A DNA stretch of 64,000 nucleotides from Azolla caroliniana (Eukaryota; Plantae; Polypodiophyta): NCBI GenBank assembly GCA_043228905.1, contig JBHGNT010000020.1:11904001-11968000 (forward strand), in the 5' to 3' direction. Both the position numbers and the translations under genes were made by a program. A model generated the notes under the pieces. The model did no database searches, was not told the origin of the DNA, and worked only from the letters and a program-made list of their open reading frames with translations. Below are positions 38,701 to 50,380 of this stretch, piece after piece. How positions within the stretch are numbered: the stretch's first letter is position 1; every line of letters starts with the position of its first letter.

Positions 38701-39352
38701 GTCTACGCACCCGATTTCCTCCGGTGAGAATGCGAAGGCTTTCCCGTGCCTTCCGAGCATCCTCCGAAATCGGTCTTCCTCCGCCGGTAGTAGGAACCCG
38801 CCCCCACCGATCTTCAGCTCGCGGAGCGTCTCGTTGGTGAAGGTGTGTCCTATGCAGGCTGGATCTCGTAAGCTGGGGTCCGATGCAACCCCTTTGATTC
38901 GGGATTCGCTGCCCTCCGGTAAGGGCGCCGCAACTGGCCTCACCTTCCGGTCCACAGTCTTGTACTTGGTGCTAACTCGGGCCGTCCGTTCCGACTCGAG
39001 CCATCGACCGAAGTCCGCGATGACTTCGTACATTTCTTCGGAACATACCGGTATCGTCCGGTCTTCGTTAAGGTCTTCTTCGACTACCTTCCCCAGCATT
39101 CCCAAGGTGTCGTCGAAGGAGACTGCCTCCACGGCTCCGTTGATTTCTTCGTCAGGGCCGAGAACTCCGCACGCTCGAAGTCTCCCCTCCGTCTTTGTTT
39201 TCTCTCGGCCGGCGATGCCGACCATCGCACATGCTCCGCTGCCGGAGAAGCAAAATTTCCTACCTATTGTACACGGTTTTATCGTACAGATGTGGGGTCT
39301 TCCCGGAGCATCCGGACTGTCGCGGCCCCACGCCTTGGCAGTCCTTTCTAAA
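35707..39352 (-). CDS. pol: Pol (RT, RNase H, integrase), reached by probable -1 frameshift
   Basis: 1172-aa ORF from 39225, with the frame open upstream to the slippery site. DLYSGYDQ, LPQG, FLDD, VDTSPTGIG, H-H-C-C IN zinc finger, VADRG, PEANGKVER and WFGPY motif. No chromodomain. Confidence 0.92.
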
Positions 39353-39357
39353 AATCC
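39313..39357 (-). promoter_or_regulatory. Putative -1 programmed ribosomal frameshift signal
   Basis: G GAT TTT heptamer immediately before the gag TAG, a 6-nt spacer, then a GGACTG...CAGTCC stem-loop. Pol is in the -1 frame. Confidence 0.8.
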
Positions 39358-41474
39358 TCTCGGTTTTCGGAACCGAGGGAGTCGCGGTTACGTTCGTGGT
39401 TCGGCCGTACCGTCAGAAACTGGACCGAATGTCGCCCGTCTTGGCTTTTGACCCTCGCGTAGGCCGAACCATTGTCCAGCACCTTGGTCTCCATTCGCGC
39501 CGCCGTGATGTACGGCTCTCCCAGTATGACCGGATGTGAAGACGTCTCCTGCACGAAGAAGTGCTGGTCAATCTCGACGTCGCCGATCTTGACTCGCACA
39601 TTCGGACAGGCCCCGTGCAGTTCCTCGGTGGCGCGCGTTGCTGCCCTTATTTTCCACCCGTGCTTGGTGTTGATCGGCCATTTGCCCTTCTTATAGAAGT
39701 CCATGGACATCAGATTGATCTCCGATCCGTGGTCCACCAAAGCTATCACCGGTTCCTGGACATCGCCAATCTTTACCGGGGTTTCCGTGGTCGCTCGGGC
39801 CCAGTGTGGTCTCGAATAGTGGCTTTCCGCCCACTCGTCTCCCAGCGCCATGTCGTCTAGGTGCGTCGTCCGCACTTCCACCGGTCTTTCCGGTTCTATC
39901 TCCGTCGACAGCCTCTTCCGTTTCACTAAGTCCACGATGGAGTCATGGAACTCCTTCTTGGCGATTCCCAGCACCTCTCGTAACGACAGCTCCACCTTGC
40001 TGTCGAGGATCCGTTCCTCCAGGACCTTTCGCAAGTCCGTGGTTCTTTCTATCTCCGTCCCCAGACGGTACCCGCCCTTCTGGGGTTTATCTTGCGTACC
40101 GGCCCCGCCGGCTTCGTCCCGTCGTGGCCCGGACCGGGTCTCGTATCGTTGTGAGGGCCCGGTCGTCCCGGGTTTCCCCACCCGCTTCTCTTCTACCAGA
40201 GCCTCGTAGTTCCGGCAAGCGGCTTCCACGAAGCCCGTCTTTTCCTCGACCGGGTCGCTCCACCCGGTCATCTCCCGTACCCGTTTCTCCGCACGGTCCG
40301 ATTCCTCCCTTTTAAGCCCTGCACCGGCAAGGCCTTCTAGCATCGTCGGCCAGAATCCGGCTTTGCTTTCCTTTCGGGCCTCGCCGCCCCCGACTCGAAT
40401 GCCGGCCGACGCCGAGTAGTGGACGGTTTCCGCGTGTCGGGTCGCCGCCTCTTCCATCAACCTTTTCATACCACCTCGCCCGTCGTTTCGGCTCAGGGCC
40501 CTTCGGGTGTCGCTGGCATGCACCCGTCCTTCCCACAGGTACACCACCCTATTCCTCAGCGCCTCCGCGAAGTCGCCGCAGTCCTTCCGAATGTGGCCGA
40601 CTTCATCGCACCACATGCACCTGTTTCCTGCCGCCGGCCGTCGGTCACGAGCCGGTTCGCCTCCTTCCCTTCGGGTCTGCGCGATTTGGAGGTCCTTTAT
40701 CGCCTTCGTCAATTCCTCCAGCGCCGCTCCTCCGGTTGAGCCTCTGGCTACGCCGGTCGAAGCCGAACCAGTTTCCAACCACTCTCGGGTCTCTTCCTTT
40801 CGCACCTGTGGCGCTGGTTCGAGCTTCCTTGCTGCGACCGAGCCCGACCCGGTTGCCCCGTTATCCGCCCATTCTCGCCGTTTGTCGAAACGGCCACAGA
40901 CCTTCCTGACAGCCGCCCAGTCGGTAGTGAGCCCGTCTTCGGTTTCCAGCAAGAGGCCCACTTGCTCCCGATCCCGCTCGTCGACCGACTTGACAAACAG
41001 CAAGACCCGGCTCGTGTCCAGGATGGTTCGGTCGAGCGCCGAAAGGCGCGCAAAGTTTTCCTCGAACTCCCGGAGGAGTGCCGACGCGTTTCTTCCCTTC
41101 CCCGGGGATTCCACCCATTCCATGAACCTTCGCTTCGAAAGCCGGAGCGCGTCGTCCAGCCCGTATTTCTCTAGGAGCCGACCTTCGAACTCTTCCCAGG
41201 TACGGCTCTCCGCCCGCACCTCGAGCACCTCCGCATGGATGCTCGGCATCGCCACTCGGGGGAACCCGGCAAGACGCCTTTCTTCCGGAATGTCCCGCAT
41301 CAGCATTTCTGCACCGTAGGACGCCAGATACTTCGTGGCATCCCTCCCATCGAACCGGCCGATCGTGCCGACGACCGCCTCAATAGCTCTGTCGAGGGCA
41401 CCGGTGCCCTCGCGCGCGTTTACAATCCGATCCACGGCCGAAGCCATGGCCTCTGCAAGATCCGACCCCCTCAT
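39348..41474 (-). CDS. gag: Gag-protease polyprotein of the intact Gypsy
   Basis: Open frame with first ATG after the PBS at 41474 (MRGSDLAE). Zinc knuckle CMWCDEVGHIRKDC. Aspartic protease-like ALVDHGSEIN...VILGEP. Confidence 0.9.
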   Translation of the reverse strand: MRGSDLAEAMASAVDRIVNAREGTGALDRAIEAVVGTIGRFDGRDATKYLASYGAEMLMRDIPEERRLAGFPRVAMPSIHAEVLEVRAESRTWEEFEGRLLEKYGLDDALRLSKRRFMEWVESPGKGRNASALLREFEENFARLSALDRTILDTSRVLLFVKSVDERDREQVGLLLETEDGLTTDWAAVRKVCGRFDKRREWADNGATGSGSVAARKLEPAPQVRKEETREWLETGSASTGVARGSTGGAALEELTKAIKDLQIAQTRREGGEPARDRRPAAGNRCMWCDEVGHIRKDCGDFAEALRNRVVYLWEGRVHASDTRRALSRNDGRGGMKRLMEEAATRHAETVHYSASAGIRVGGGEARKESKAGFWPTMLEGLAGAGLKREESDRAEKRVREMTGWSDPVEEKTGFVEAACRNYEALVEEKRVGKPGTTGPSQRYETRSGPRRDEAGGAGTQDKPQKGGYRLGTEIERTTDLRKVLEERILDSKVELSLREVLGIAKKEFHDSIVDLVKRKRLSTEIEPERPVEVRTTHLDDMALGDEWAESHYSRPHWARATTETPVKIGDVQEPVIALVDHGSEINLMSMDFYKKGKWPINTKHGWKIRAATRATEELHGACPNVRVKIGDVEIDQHFFVQETSSHPVILGEPYITAARMETKVLDNGSAYARVKSQDGRHSVQFLTVRPNHERNRDSLGSENREDF

Positions 41475-41496
41475 CTTCTGCTCTTCTGCCGCTTCT

Positions 41497-41514
41497 TTCA
41501 CGTCGGGTTCACCA
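41497..41514 (-). promoter_or_regulatory. Primer-binding site complementary to tRNA-Trp
   Basis: TGGTGAACCCGACGTGAA (18 nt), 3 nt from the 5' LTR. Complementary to the plant tRNA-Trp(CCA) 3' end UUCACGUCGGGUUCACCA, as recalled from memory. Confidence 0.8.
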
Positions 41515-43246
41515 AGATGTCGTGTTATTACGCAAGTGCGTGTGGAAACGAGGCGGGACCGCGGGGGTCTCGAACCAAAGAGCAAGTGAGGGAGGAGGAA
41601 AAGAGAGAACCGGCTACGCAGGACCGGGATACACAGGGACACGGCCCTTCAGCACGGAGAACGCGAACGAACACCGACACAGACAGATGCGAATGACTAA
41701 ATATATATATTAAGAAAATTATGGCTAACACGGCTACAACCCTCGATGGGGCACAGGTTGGTTACAACCGAGCAGGCCGGCGAACAGATGCCGATGCCTG
41801 TTCGCTTCGACGCACAAAGGGGTAGCCGGTCGGAGGTGCTGCCGGAAGCACTCGGGCGTTCCTCGAAACAGCGCAAGCCCCCCCCCCCCGGAACCCTGCA
41901 CAGAAAGCTCTGGAGCTCAAGAAGGAAGGAAGCAGAGAGAGAGAGAAGCGTCCAGAAACGGTCCGACAGCACTTCGTTCTCTCCCCCCCCGCGAGATGCC
42001 TGCAATAGCTCTTTCCTGCTCCTTATATAGGCCGACGAGCAGGCCGTCCTGTCAGCTTTATTCCCTGTCCCTTTGGACAGGGATTCGCTTCGTCCTTCAC
42101 GCATCCGCGTAGTTACGCCGCCGACTCGTACAGTTCCTTCGCTCGCGCGCGCGATCGAAAAGACTGTTCGCGCGGTCTTTGTCTTCACTTGTGTTAGGGC
42201 CCGTTCCCGCCGATTATCCTCCTAATTCGCTTCTATGTACAACTCGGAGCGTGCGCGCGTGAAGAACCGGTTCCCACGCCTTGGTGCGCCGATTCCGCCC
42301 ATGGACGGTTTTCTTCACGACACCGTCCCGATCAAATCATCTTTCTCAGCCTTTACCGCCGAAATGATACCCCACAGTTCGCACTTAACTTGGGCGTACC
42401 CTCTTTGTCACTCACTTAAGACCTTTGCACCAAATCGGATGGTGAACCGTGTTCCGGCTTCGTCCTCCTGGTTGATCACCCATCCAATTCCGGTCTTACT
42501 CGTGTCGACCATCACGTAAATCGAAGTGTCCTTCTTGTACACCGCTTTCCGGAGAGCCGGTGCCGTCGTCAACATTCCCTTCAATCTTCGAACCGCCTCT
42601 GATTGCTCTTCTCTCCACTTGAACTTCCGCACCTTCTTCAGCAAGCCATAGAGTGGCTCTGCAATGAGCGCGTAGTGCAAGATCCAGATGTGGTAGAAGG
42701 CACATGCCCCTAAGAATCATCGAACCTCGGTCTTCCTTCATGGCCGAAATGGCTTCCACCTTTGTTAGAGACGGTTTCCATCCATATGGACTACATAGGT
42801 GTCCGACCACCACGATCTCCGACTACCCAGAAGCCAATTTCTCTCTGAGAACGTTAGTCATGCTCCTTCAAGTCTGTCCAATATTTTTTCGCAGTCGACG
42901 ATGTGGTCAGAAATGAACTTCTGACACCCGTCCTCTCCAACCGATTTGTCCTTCACATCCTCCAGACACCCCTTTATTGGAATGTCGTCCAAAAACGACA
43001 TGGTGATGTCCAGGATGCAATCCCTCAGCACTTTGTTCATTGCATTCACCATGTGCACCACCGAATTAGTACCCCCTTGGGGTATGGTACACATCTGAAC
43101 TAAGCCAAGAGGGGTCTGCATCGTCGTGATGTCCTTGCTTTCGACGGCTAGTTGGAACTAGTCATACCCAGAGTATAAGTCGCCGACTAAGTAGATAGAC
43201 CTTCTCGCGAAGGCTTCCACGAACTACTCAATTGTCGGTCTGACCC

Positions 43247-46200
43247 TATCTCCCGATTCTGCCCATGTGGATGATGTATTGTGATAGTTAAAATCAACAG
43301 AAATCTTTTGTAAGTCCAATATTTGATTCCCTACCTGAACCACTCGAGCACTTATATAACTCGAATGTGGTCTTCTCTCTTGCAAATGTTGCAGGGATTT
43401 CAATCCCCTACGCAGCCTACCTATTTTAGTTAAAGATGCATAAAATACTTGTGCATAATCATCATAAGTCATCAGCTAGGATATCTAGATTAAGATGTCC
43501 TGATGGCTCTTATACCACGGATCCTAGCCAGATGCGACAAATAGCCTCTGATTATTATGAAGCTTTGTTAAAAGCTAGACCATTTTCTGAGGCTGATATG
43601 GTTAAGAGGGACATTAAATGGTCTAGGGTTCAGAATAGGGTTTCTGGAAATCTTTTACGTTGTCTTTTACAACCATTAAGTACTCAAGAGGTTTTTAAAG
43701 CAGTAAAAGCCCTTGCAAAGGATGTTTGTCCTGGTGTGGATGGGCTGGGAGTTCAATGGTATATCCAGTATTGGGATTTGATAGGTGATGGGCTGACTAA
43801 GGCCTATCAACAAATTTTAGATTCTGGAAATATGCCCCAAGAATGGAAGGAGGGTTTAATCTATATGATTCCTAAAACAAGTGGACAATTAGAAGAGCTT
43901 AGCCAGGGGAGACCAATTACCTTGTTGAATGTTATTTATAAGATATTAGCAAAAACGATAGCTAGACGATTACAACCTTATCTTTCGGAGTTGATTCATG
44001 ATACCCAAACAGGTTTTTTGCAAGAGCGAAGTATTTTTTATAATATTATTCTCTTTTGGGAAATGGTGACCATCGCTGAAGCACAGAAGCAAGATCTGGC
44101 GGTGTTATTTCTTGATTTTGAAAAAGCTTACGACAAAGTGGACTGGGATTTTATGGAGGGAACACTTGTTAGGATGGGTTTTCCAAGTAATTGGATACGA
44201 GGAGTTTCAGCATTATATCGTAATGCAAGTAGTTCTCTATTATTTGCAGGGGACATTGGTAGGCGTTTTTTTATTTCAAGATCTGTACGCCAGGGATGTC
44301 CACTTGCTCCTTTCATGTTTTTGTTAGTATCCGAAGCATTCTCTGTACATTTAAATTCTCCATATGTAAATATTAAAGGTTTAGCACTACCGGTAGCAAA
44401 CGCAAATGTGGATTGTGAATTCACTAATGATACAGCTTTATATGTTCAGGCCTCACATGGTAATTTGTTTCATGTGCAAAAGGCCGTGGATGATTTCTCT
44501 GATGCATCGGGTGCATTGATAAATTGGGATAAGTCATCAGGTTTTTGGGTCGCTTCGGGAGATACGCTAGTTAATGTACCCTCTTTAGGATTCACATGGA
44601 TACCTCAAGGTCAGTCCATTAGGTATTTAGGTTGTCGAGTGGGTGTGGGATTAAAGTCAGAAGATATGATTGCACCCTCATTGTTAAGATTAAGAAATAA
44701 ATTAGTATATTGGAATAAAGAAAAATTATCTTTAGCAGGACGTGTAGTTGTAGCTAATGCGGTGTTGTTGTCCTCGATTTGGTATATAGCATCTACATGG
44801 CTGTTTTCTAGGTCAATAATGTTGAAAGTTCAACGTTTAGTACGGAATTTTATTTGGGGGAACAATAGGTCAGTCAATCCTGTAGCAAAGGTAGCTTGGT
44901 CTATTCTGATAAAACCTAAACAAAAAGGTGGTTTAGGTTTGATTGATCCATTTATGCAAAGCAAAGCTTTACTTACTAAACATGTTGTTAGGAGTTTATT
45001 GCCAAGACAGGAGTTATGGAAAAAGCTATGGATGCAACATCTATATAAGGTCAAGCCTTCGGTAGGTGGTCAATGGAAGGATAGTCTTAGATGGTTCTTC
45101 AATGCAGATTTCCAGCTACCTAAGTCCAATGATGGATCATTGCGTTTCTTCAATGGAATTTTTCGGGCATGGGAAACTCTTCGGCAAGCGCTTGTTTTCT
45201 TGCCATCGAAAAGCTATCATCAATTTATGCATCAACCATTGATATGGAATCCTTTATTTACTGATGAAGCTTCATGTGTTTTGGGTTTACGTCCTAGGTT
45301 ATCATGGGCTGCAATGGATAGTGGACCAGCTCGTACGGTTGCGGATTAGATAAGGTTTATGCAGTCCTCTACGCTGGAGCAAAGTAATAGGTTATCTAAC
45401 TTAAGAGGGGCTAAGATCATGTTATCACAATTGTCCAGGGTGTATCAGGTCACAGTGCCTACATTGCAATTTGATCATTTTCAGAGTTGGTACGGTATGT
45501 TCTCGACACTCAATATACTTATAGGAGCTCGGTTATATGATCAAAATGGTAGCATTTATTTTTATGAAGTGTTGGACAATGGTAGGTTGATACTAGTGGA
45601 TGAGGAGTCTCAAATCATGTTGGCTGCGAAGCAATTGCCAGTGCGAGTAATTGCTAGATTAGATAAAAATATATATATCGATCCTAGTCCACTAATAGTT
45701 AATTTTTCATCTCATATTTCGGTGTTAGACTCTAAACCTATTCATGACCTGCAATGGGATCCAACGGATTATGGTTGGAAATTATCCATATCTGACTCTT
45801 CGACTAAGCTCCTTCCTTTTTTCAATATTCAGTAGCGTTTGGCAGGAATTTTATGTTGAGGCAGACCGAGCCGATACCTGCTGGAAAAAAGTATTGGGAG
45901 GAAGGTAATGTTTCATCTACTCATATGGTTATGTTTTGGAAACAGTTTTGGTCTATTAAATGCATGAATAAGATATTGCATTTTCGGTGGTTGATGATTC
46001 ATTATGCATTGCCAATAGGTCATTTATTGAGGGGATCGGTGAGTAATCGGTCATGTATTATGTGTGGGTTTGCGGATGAGACATTGCATCATGCATTTTG
46101 GGAATGTGTTTCCGCAAAAAGTTTTTGGTGTCGAATTCTTAGGCTTCTAGGTCGTAAGTATAGGTCTGCTATTTTTACGTGGGGTGCAGTCTTTTGGGGA

Positions 46201-48343
46201 ATGTTGGATCAACAAAGGGCTTTTTATCATTATAATTATTCTTCATTGTCTTTATATGTAAGAAGTTTTCAGGTATATTCTACTTCAAGATCCTTGCAGG
46301 GAGTCAAGTTCTTCTCGCGGAGTTAAGTTTGGCAGATTGTCTCCTCGTTGTCTCTATGGGTTCTTTGGAAAGCTAGGTGCTCCAAGTTATACAATGATGA
46401 AGACATTCACGTTGTGGATCAGGTAAAGTCTTTTTGGAATTTATTAGTACATTTGGTTAAAGGTGAGCATGACAGGTATAAAGGCTATGGAAACACAATC
46501 ATTCGAAAAAGAAAGAGATTACGACGAGTTTGGTCAGCTATTCCTATAATGTTAGATGCAGGCACGGAGGTTAGGTGGAATTATGTGCCACCTCGTTGGT
46601 TGTTCCCGCCACTAGTACCATTCTTATGGCGAACAACATGAGATAATAGGGAGGAGATGGTGGCGGCATGTAGGAAGCTTATTTTAATGTAGGTAAGATA
46701 TACATATGCTAGAAGAAGATATGAGGAAATGGGATGATATTCTCGATGCTGAATCAAACTAGTATAAGAAGATTTTAGTGGTATGAGGCAAATTTCGTGT
46801 GATAATCAGATACATCAACATGGTGGATGTGGATAGGTTGAAATAGGTTTAAGTTGTTTTGTGATTAGGATGACTGATGTTGGTGGGGGTTGTCGAAGAT
46901 TACTAGGAGAAGGTGACGATTTCTGTTTGTTTTCTACTCGTTTGTTGGTTGTTAGTGTAACAGGATTGTCGAATCGGAGATAGCGAGATGGTAGATGGGG
47001 ACATGACGAAGCCGTTTTTCTGTTTTTTGTGGTTAGGATTAGTGATGTTGGAGTGGGGGCTGAAGCAGATTATTATGAGAAGGCGAGGAATGGTTTTCCC
47101 TCATTTTTTGTTGTGATTACAAGGCCGCGTTAATCGGTGAGATGGAATAGGGGAAGCAAGATACCCCAGATATGGGCTGACTTAAGACAGATATTACGGT
47201 TCTCATAGGTTGCGGGATGATGGCAGTGGAATTTGAAGCAACTTTGTCATGGTGTGAGGATGAGTGGTGTTGGTGCGAGGGCTGAAGCAGATCAGGAGGG
47301 GAGAGGAATCATTGTTCACTTATTTTGTTGTTAATTGCACAGGATATTGGCGGTACTTGGCGAGATGGTGGATGTGGATTGATTGAAGCAATTTGTTTGT
47401 TTTTAGGAGTAATGATGGTGGGGGGGACAGAAGCAAATCATGAGGGGATGAGGAACCATTATTCACTTGTTTTTGTTGTTATTTGTATAGGTTAGAGGTG
47501 GTATTCGGCGAGATGGTGGATGTGGTTTGATTGAAGCAATTTCTCTGTTTTTAGGAGTGACGATGGTGCAGGGGAACGAAGCAAAACATGAGGGGATGAG
47601 GAACAATTTCTCATTTTTGTTAATTCATTGCACAAGACATTGGTGGTATTCGGCGAGATGGTGGATGTGGACTAAAGGAAGCAATGTGTCTGTTTTAGGA
47701 GTGATGATGGTGGGGGGGATCGAAGCAGCTCATGAGGGGATGAGGAATTTTTTTACTTATTTTGTTGTTAATTCCACAGGACATTGGTGGCATTCAGCGA
47801 GATGGTGGAGGTGGATTGAATGAAGCAATTTGGTTGTTTTTAGGAGGGATGATGGTGAGGGGGCCAAAGCACATCATGAAGGGAGAGTGAATAAGTTGTG
47901 GGGATCGAAGCAAATGGGGTGAGAGGTGGAGATTAGTATAGTACATTTCATTTTCATGGTCTGTTTTTTTTCTCCCCAACAATTTTTACAAATGCTGGAA
48001 TCAGTTCAGATCTGTTTGCAACTGTTTCTGTTGGGATGGGGAATCTTCTTACAACTCCACACCTGACACATATGATTGGAAAGATGGAGGACATGGAATA
48101 TCATGTGAAATATAAGTTTTCTATGGAGTTCTGTTCTAAGAGCCCGAAATTTTGTTTTCTGCAGTAGATCACTGGAATCAATACTGTGTTTTATGGTTGT
48201 TTTTTTTCCCAACAGTTTTTACAAATGCTAGAATCAGTTCAGATATACTGGTGGAGATGAAACAATATTATGTACTATTTGTATACTGCCTTCGTGCTTT
48301 TTATTAATACCAATGGAGCATATGTTTTATGGTTCAAAAAAAC
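43247..48343 (+). mobile_element. 5'-truncated L1-type LINE with a long repeat-containing 3' region, inserted in the RT of the old Gypsy
   Basis: 15-bp TSD TTGTCGGTCTGACCC at 43232-43246 and 48344-48358, with an A7 tail. ORF2 remnant at 43436-46641: CPGVDG, RPITLLNVIYK, LDFEKAYDKVDW, SVRQGCPLAP, RYLG, CIMCG..ETLHHAFWEC. The YADD-equivalent reads FTND, and in-frame stops are present. Confidence 0.93.
46810..47900 (+). repeat. Diverged tandem array with a ~145-bp unit in the LINE 3' region
   Basis: GCGAGATGGTGGA(T/G)GTGG recurs at ~47361, 47508, 47653 and 47797. More degenerate units lie upstream. Confidence 0.85.
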
Positions 48344-48738
48344 TTGTCGGTCTGACCCGTGCATTTCAAATGGTCACTTTGTTGACCGGTTGCATGTCCT
48401 GAATGAAACGCAACGTGTCGTTCTACTTCGGCACCGTGAACCACCGATTCGAATATGGGGCACTCGACAGTTCGAGAATCCCCATGTCGACCTTTTCCTT
48501 GAGCAGCTCCATCAACTTGGAGATGTGAGTCGTTGGCACCGGAATCGGTTGAGGTTCCACGGTACATGCGGTATCGTGAAGATCACCATCAGTTCGAAAA
48601 TGGTCGGGTCGACACACCCAATTTCCTCCAATAAGAATGCAAAGGCTTTTCCATGCCTCTTGAGCATCCTCCGAAACCGGTTCTCCTCGACGGGCAATAA
48701 GAAGCCAGCCCCACCGATCTTCAACTTCGGTGAGCCAG

Positions 48739-50380
48739 TGTCGTGAGGATTCACCGCCACAATGTGAAAACCGGGGAAGATGGAGATATCAGCGGAGTGC
48801 ACCGCATGCACTCCCTCTTGTAAAGATTGTACAAAGATAGTGGGTGCCTTTAAGGCACCGAATAGGAATAATAGCCGAGTAGGATATCCCACATTGTAAC
48901 GTCCTTCCCTCCTTGGACTATAAAACGAGGGAGGTGTCTCTTGTAAAAGGGTTGCCCATTTTGAGCTAGGAGGGTATACCGTTAGATTTAGAGCTTGGTA
49001 GTTTTCTCTTAATCTTATTTTCTTAGGGTTTCCACTTTGGTCTCCTTAACTTTATTTCGTTTTAGGCTTTCATTTTTGGTCTTGTTTAGTAGTTCATCTT
49101 GTTCTTCATCTTGTGAGAGATCATGGGAGATTTAGGGTTTTGGGTTTCTTTATGTGATCTAGGTTTCATGAGCTTGGGGTTTTGGGTTTATATTCTTCTT
49201 GGTCGAGTTAGTGTTTTCTTTTGCGGTTTCTACAACGGCGCCTCTTCGGCATGCCGGTGGCGGCACTTGAAGCCTCAGCTTCCTCTCCTTGATGGAGAGC
49301 ATTTCGCGTGGCGGCCAGTTCGAGAAGGGACGCCGAAGTGGCACGGGACCACTCCACCGTCAGCGGGGCGTGACCAACAATGGATGTCGCAGTCCCGATG
49401 GCCCACTTGACTCAGCTTCGCCAGTTCCCATTCTTAATTTGTTGTATAGCCGTTTGTTTGGCGATAGCCACCAGATTCGTGGCATGTAAGCATCTTGTTG
49501 TAAACATTTTGTAATATATATTTATGTTGGTGTATATCTATCTTCCGTTGTAACATATTCTAGTCGAGTCCTTAATCACGGCGAACCATTCCTTGAGCCC
49601 CACCTTCATTGGATCCGGAAGCCGATTCCGGATTCCGATCCGACCGGGAGACGATTCCATACCGAAAACCTACGGGCCGGAGCTCGCAAAGCTTAAGGCC
49701 TCTGCCATCTGATTCCCTCATCCGTAACCCCCGTGGTCCCGCCTAAGATCCTACATGTACACGTGGAATACCGCGACATCTTGGTGAAGCTGACATGAAA
49801 GGTGGCAACAGAGGATGGAGGTGGACGAAGAAGAAATCGTGGTGAAGGCAATGTCGAAGGTGATGATGGACATACACGGAAGAAGGGTGAACAAGAAACG
49901 GCTCAGAAGCCATTGAGAGTGCGGTCAAAGAAGTCGACCATTGGAGTGGGGACAAGGTCCCAAAACTTTTAAAGCCCACGGTGCCCGGATTGATCGAGAG
50001 GAGATGTCTATGAGGCAATAAGGCTAAGGTGTTTGCCAAGTGGTGGTACCCGTATCGACGTGAAGAGGACGAAGAGCTTCGAGAAGCTCGCAGTTCGTGG
50101 TCCTTCGAGGGAGTTACCGAATATGCACAGGCATGAGGGATCGAAGGAATGGAGCCGGCACGAGTCCGGTCGAAGGGGGAGTCATCGACAAGTACCCACC
50201 AAAGCGCTATACGTGTGTTCCCTAGAGATTGAGAGTCACTTGCTCAACTCTTGGGGCGGAGACGAAGATTGGTGGGGGTGGACAAGGCGTTGGTGAGGGA
50301 AGCCTACGAGGGCTCGAAGTCGAAAGTCCAGGTTGAAACGAAGGGGCCGACAAAGGCAAACAGAGATTTAGAAGGAAGCT
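48739..50380 (+). mobile_element. Truncated Gypsy of the same lineage: 5' LTR (48739-49778), PBS and decayed gag start
   Basis: Termini TGTCGTG...CGCGACA. TCT followed by TGGTGAAGCTGACATGAA (degenerate Trp PBS). Peptide AIESAVKEVDHWSG resembles AIEAVVGTIGRFDG. Confidence 0.75.

Larger units (their letters stand above)
34994..42322 (-). mobile_element. Intact, very young Ty3/Gypsy LTR retrotransposon (7.3 kb)
   Basis: LTRs at 34994-35796 and 41518-42322 (TGTCGTG...CACGACA) appear identical apart from a C-run (10 vs 12). 4-bp TSD CCGT. Uninterrupted gag-pro and pol ORFs. PBS and PPT present. Confidence 0.97.

Noticed and set aside
38642-41319. Long plus-strand ORFs (269 aa, 270 aa and others)
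   Set aside because: Antisense shadows of GC-rich gag/pol with no recognisable domains.
41475-41642. N-terminal 56-aa extension of gag in the ORF track
   Set aside because: It starts at a non-ATG codon inside the LTR and crosses the PBS. ATG 41474 is the more plausible start.
46810-47900. CRISPR-like array (recurring GCGAGATGGTGGATGTGG)
   Set aside because: The intervening sequences are homologous to each other rather than unique spacers, the context is eukaryotic and there are no cas genes.
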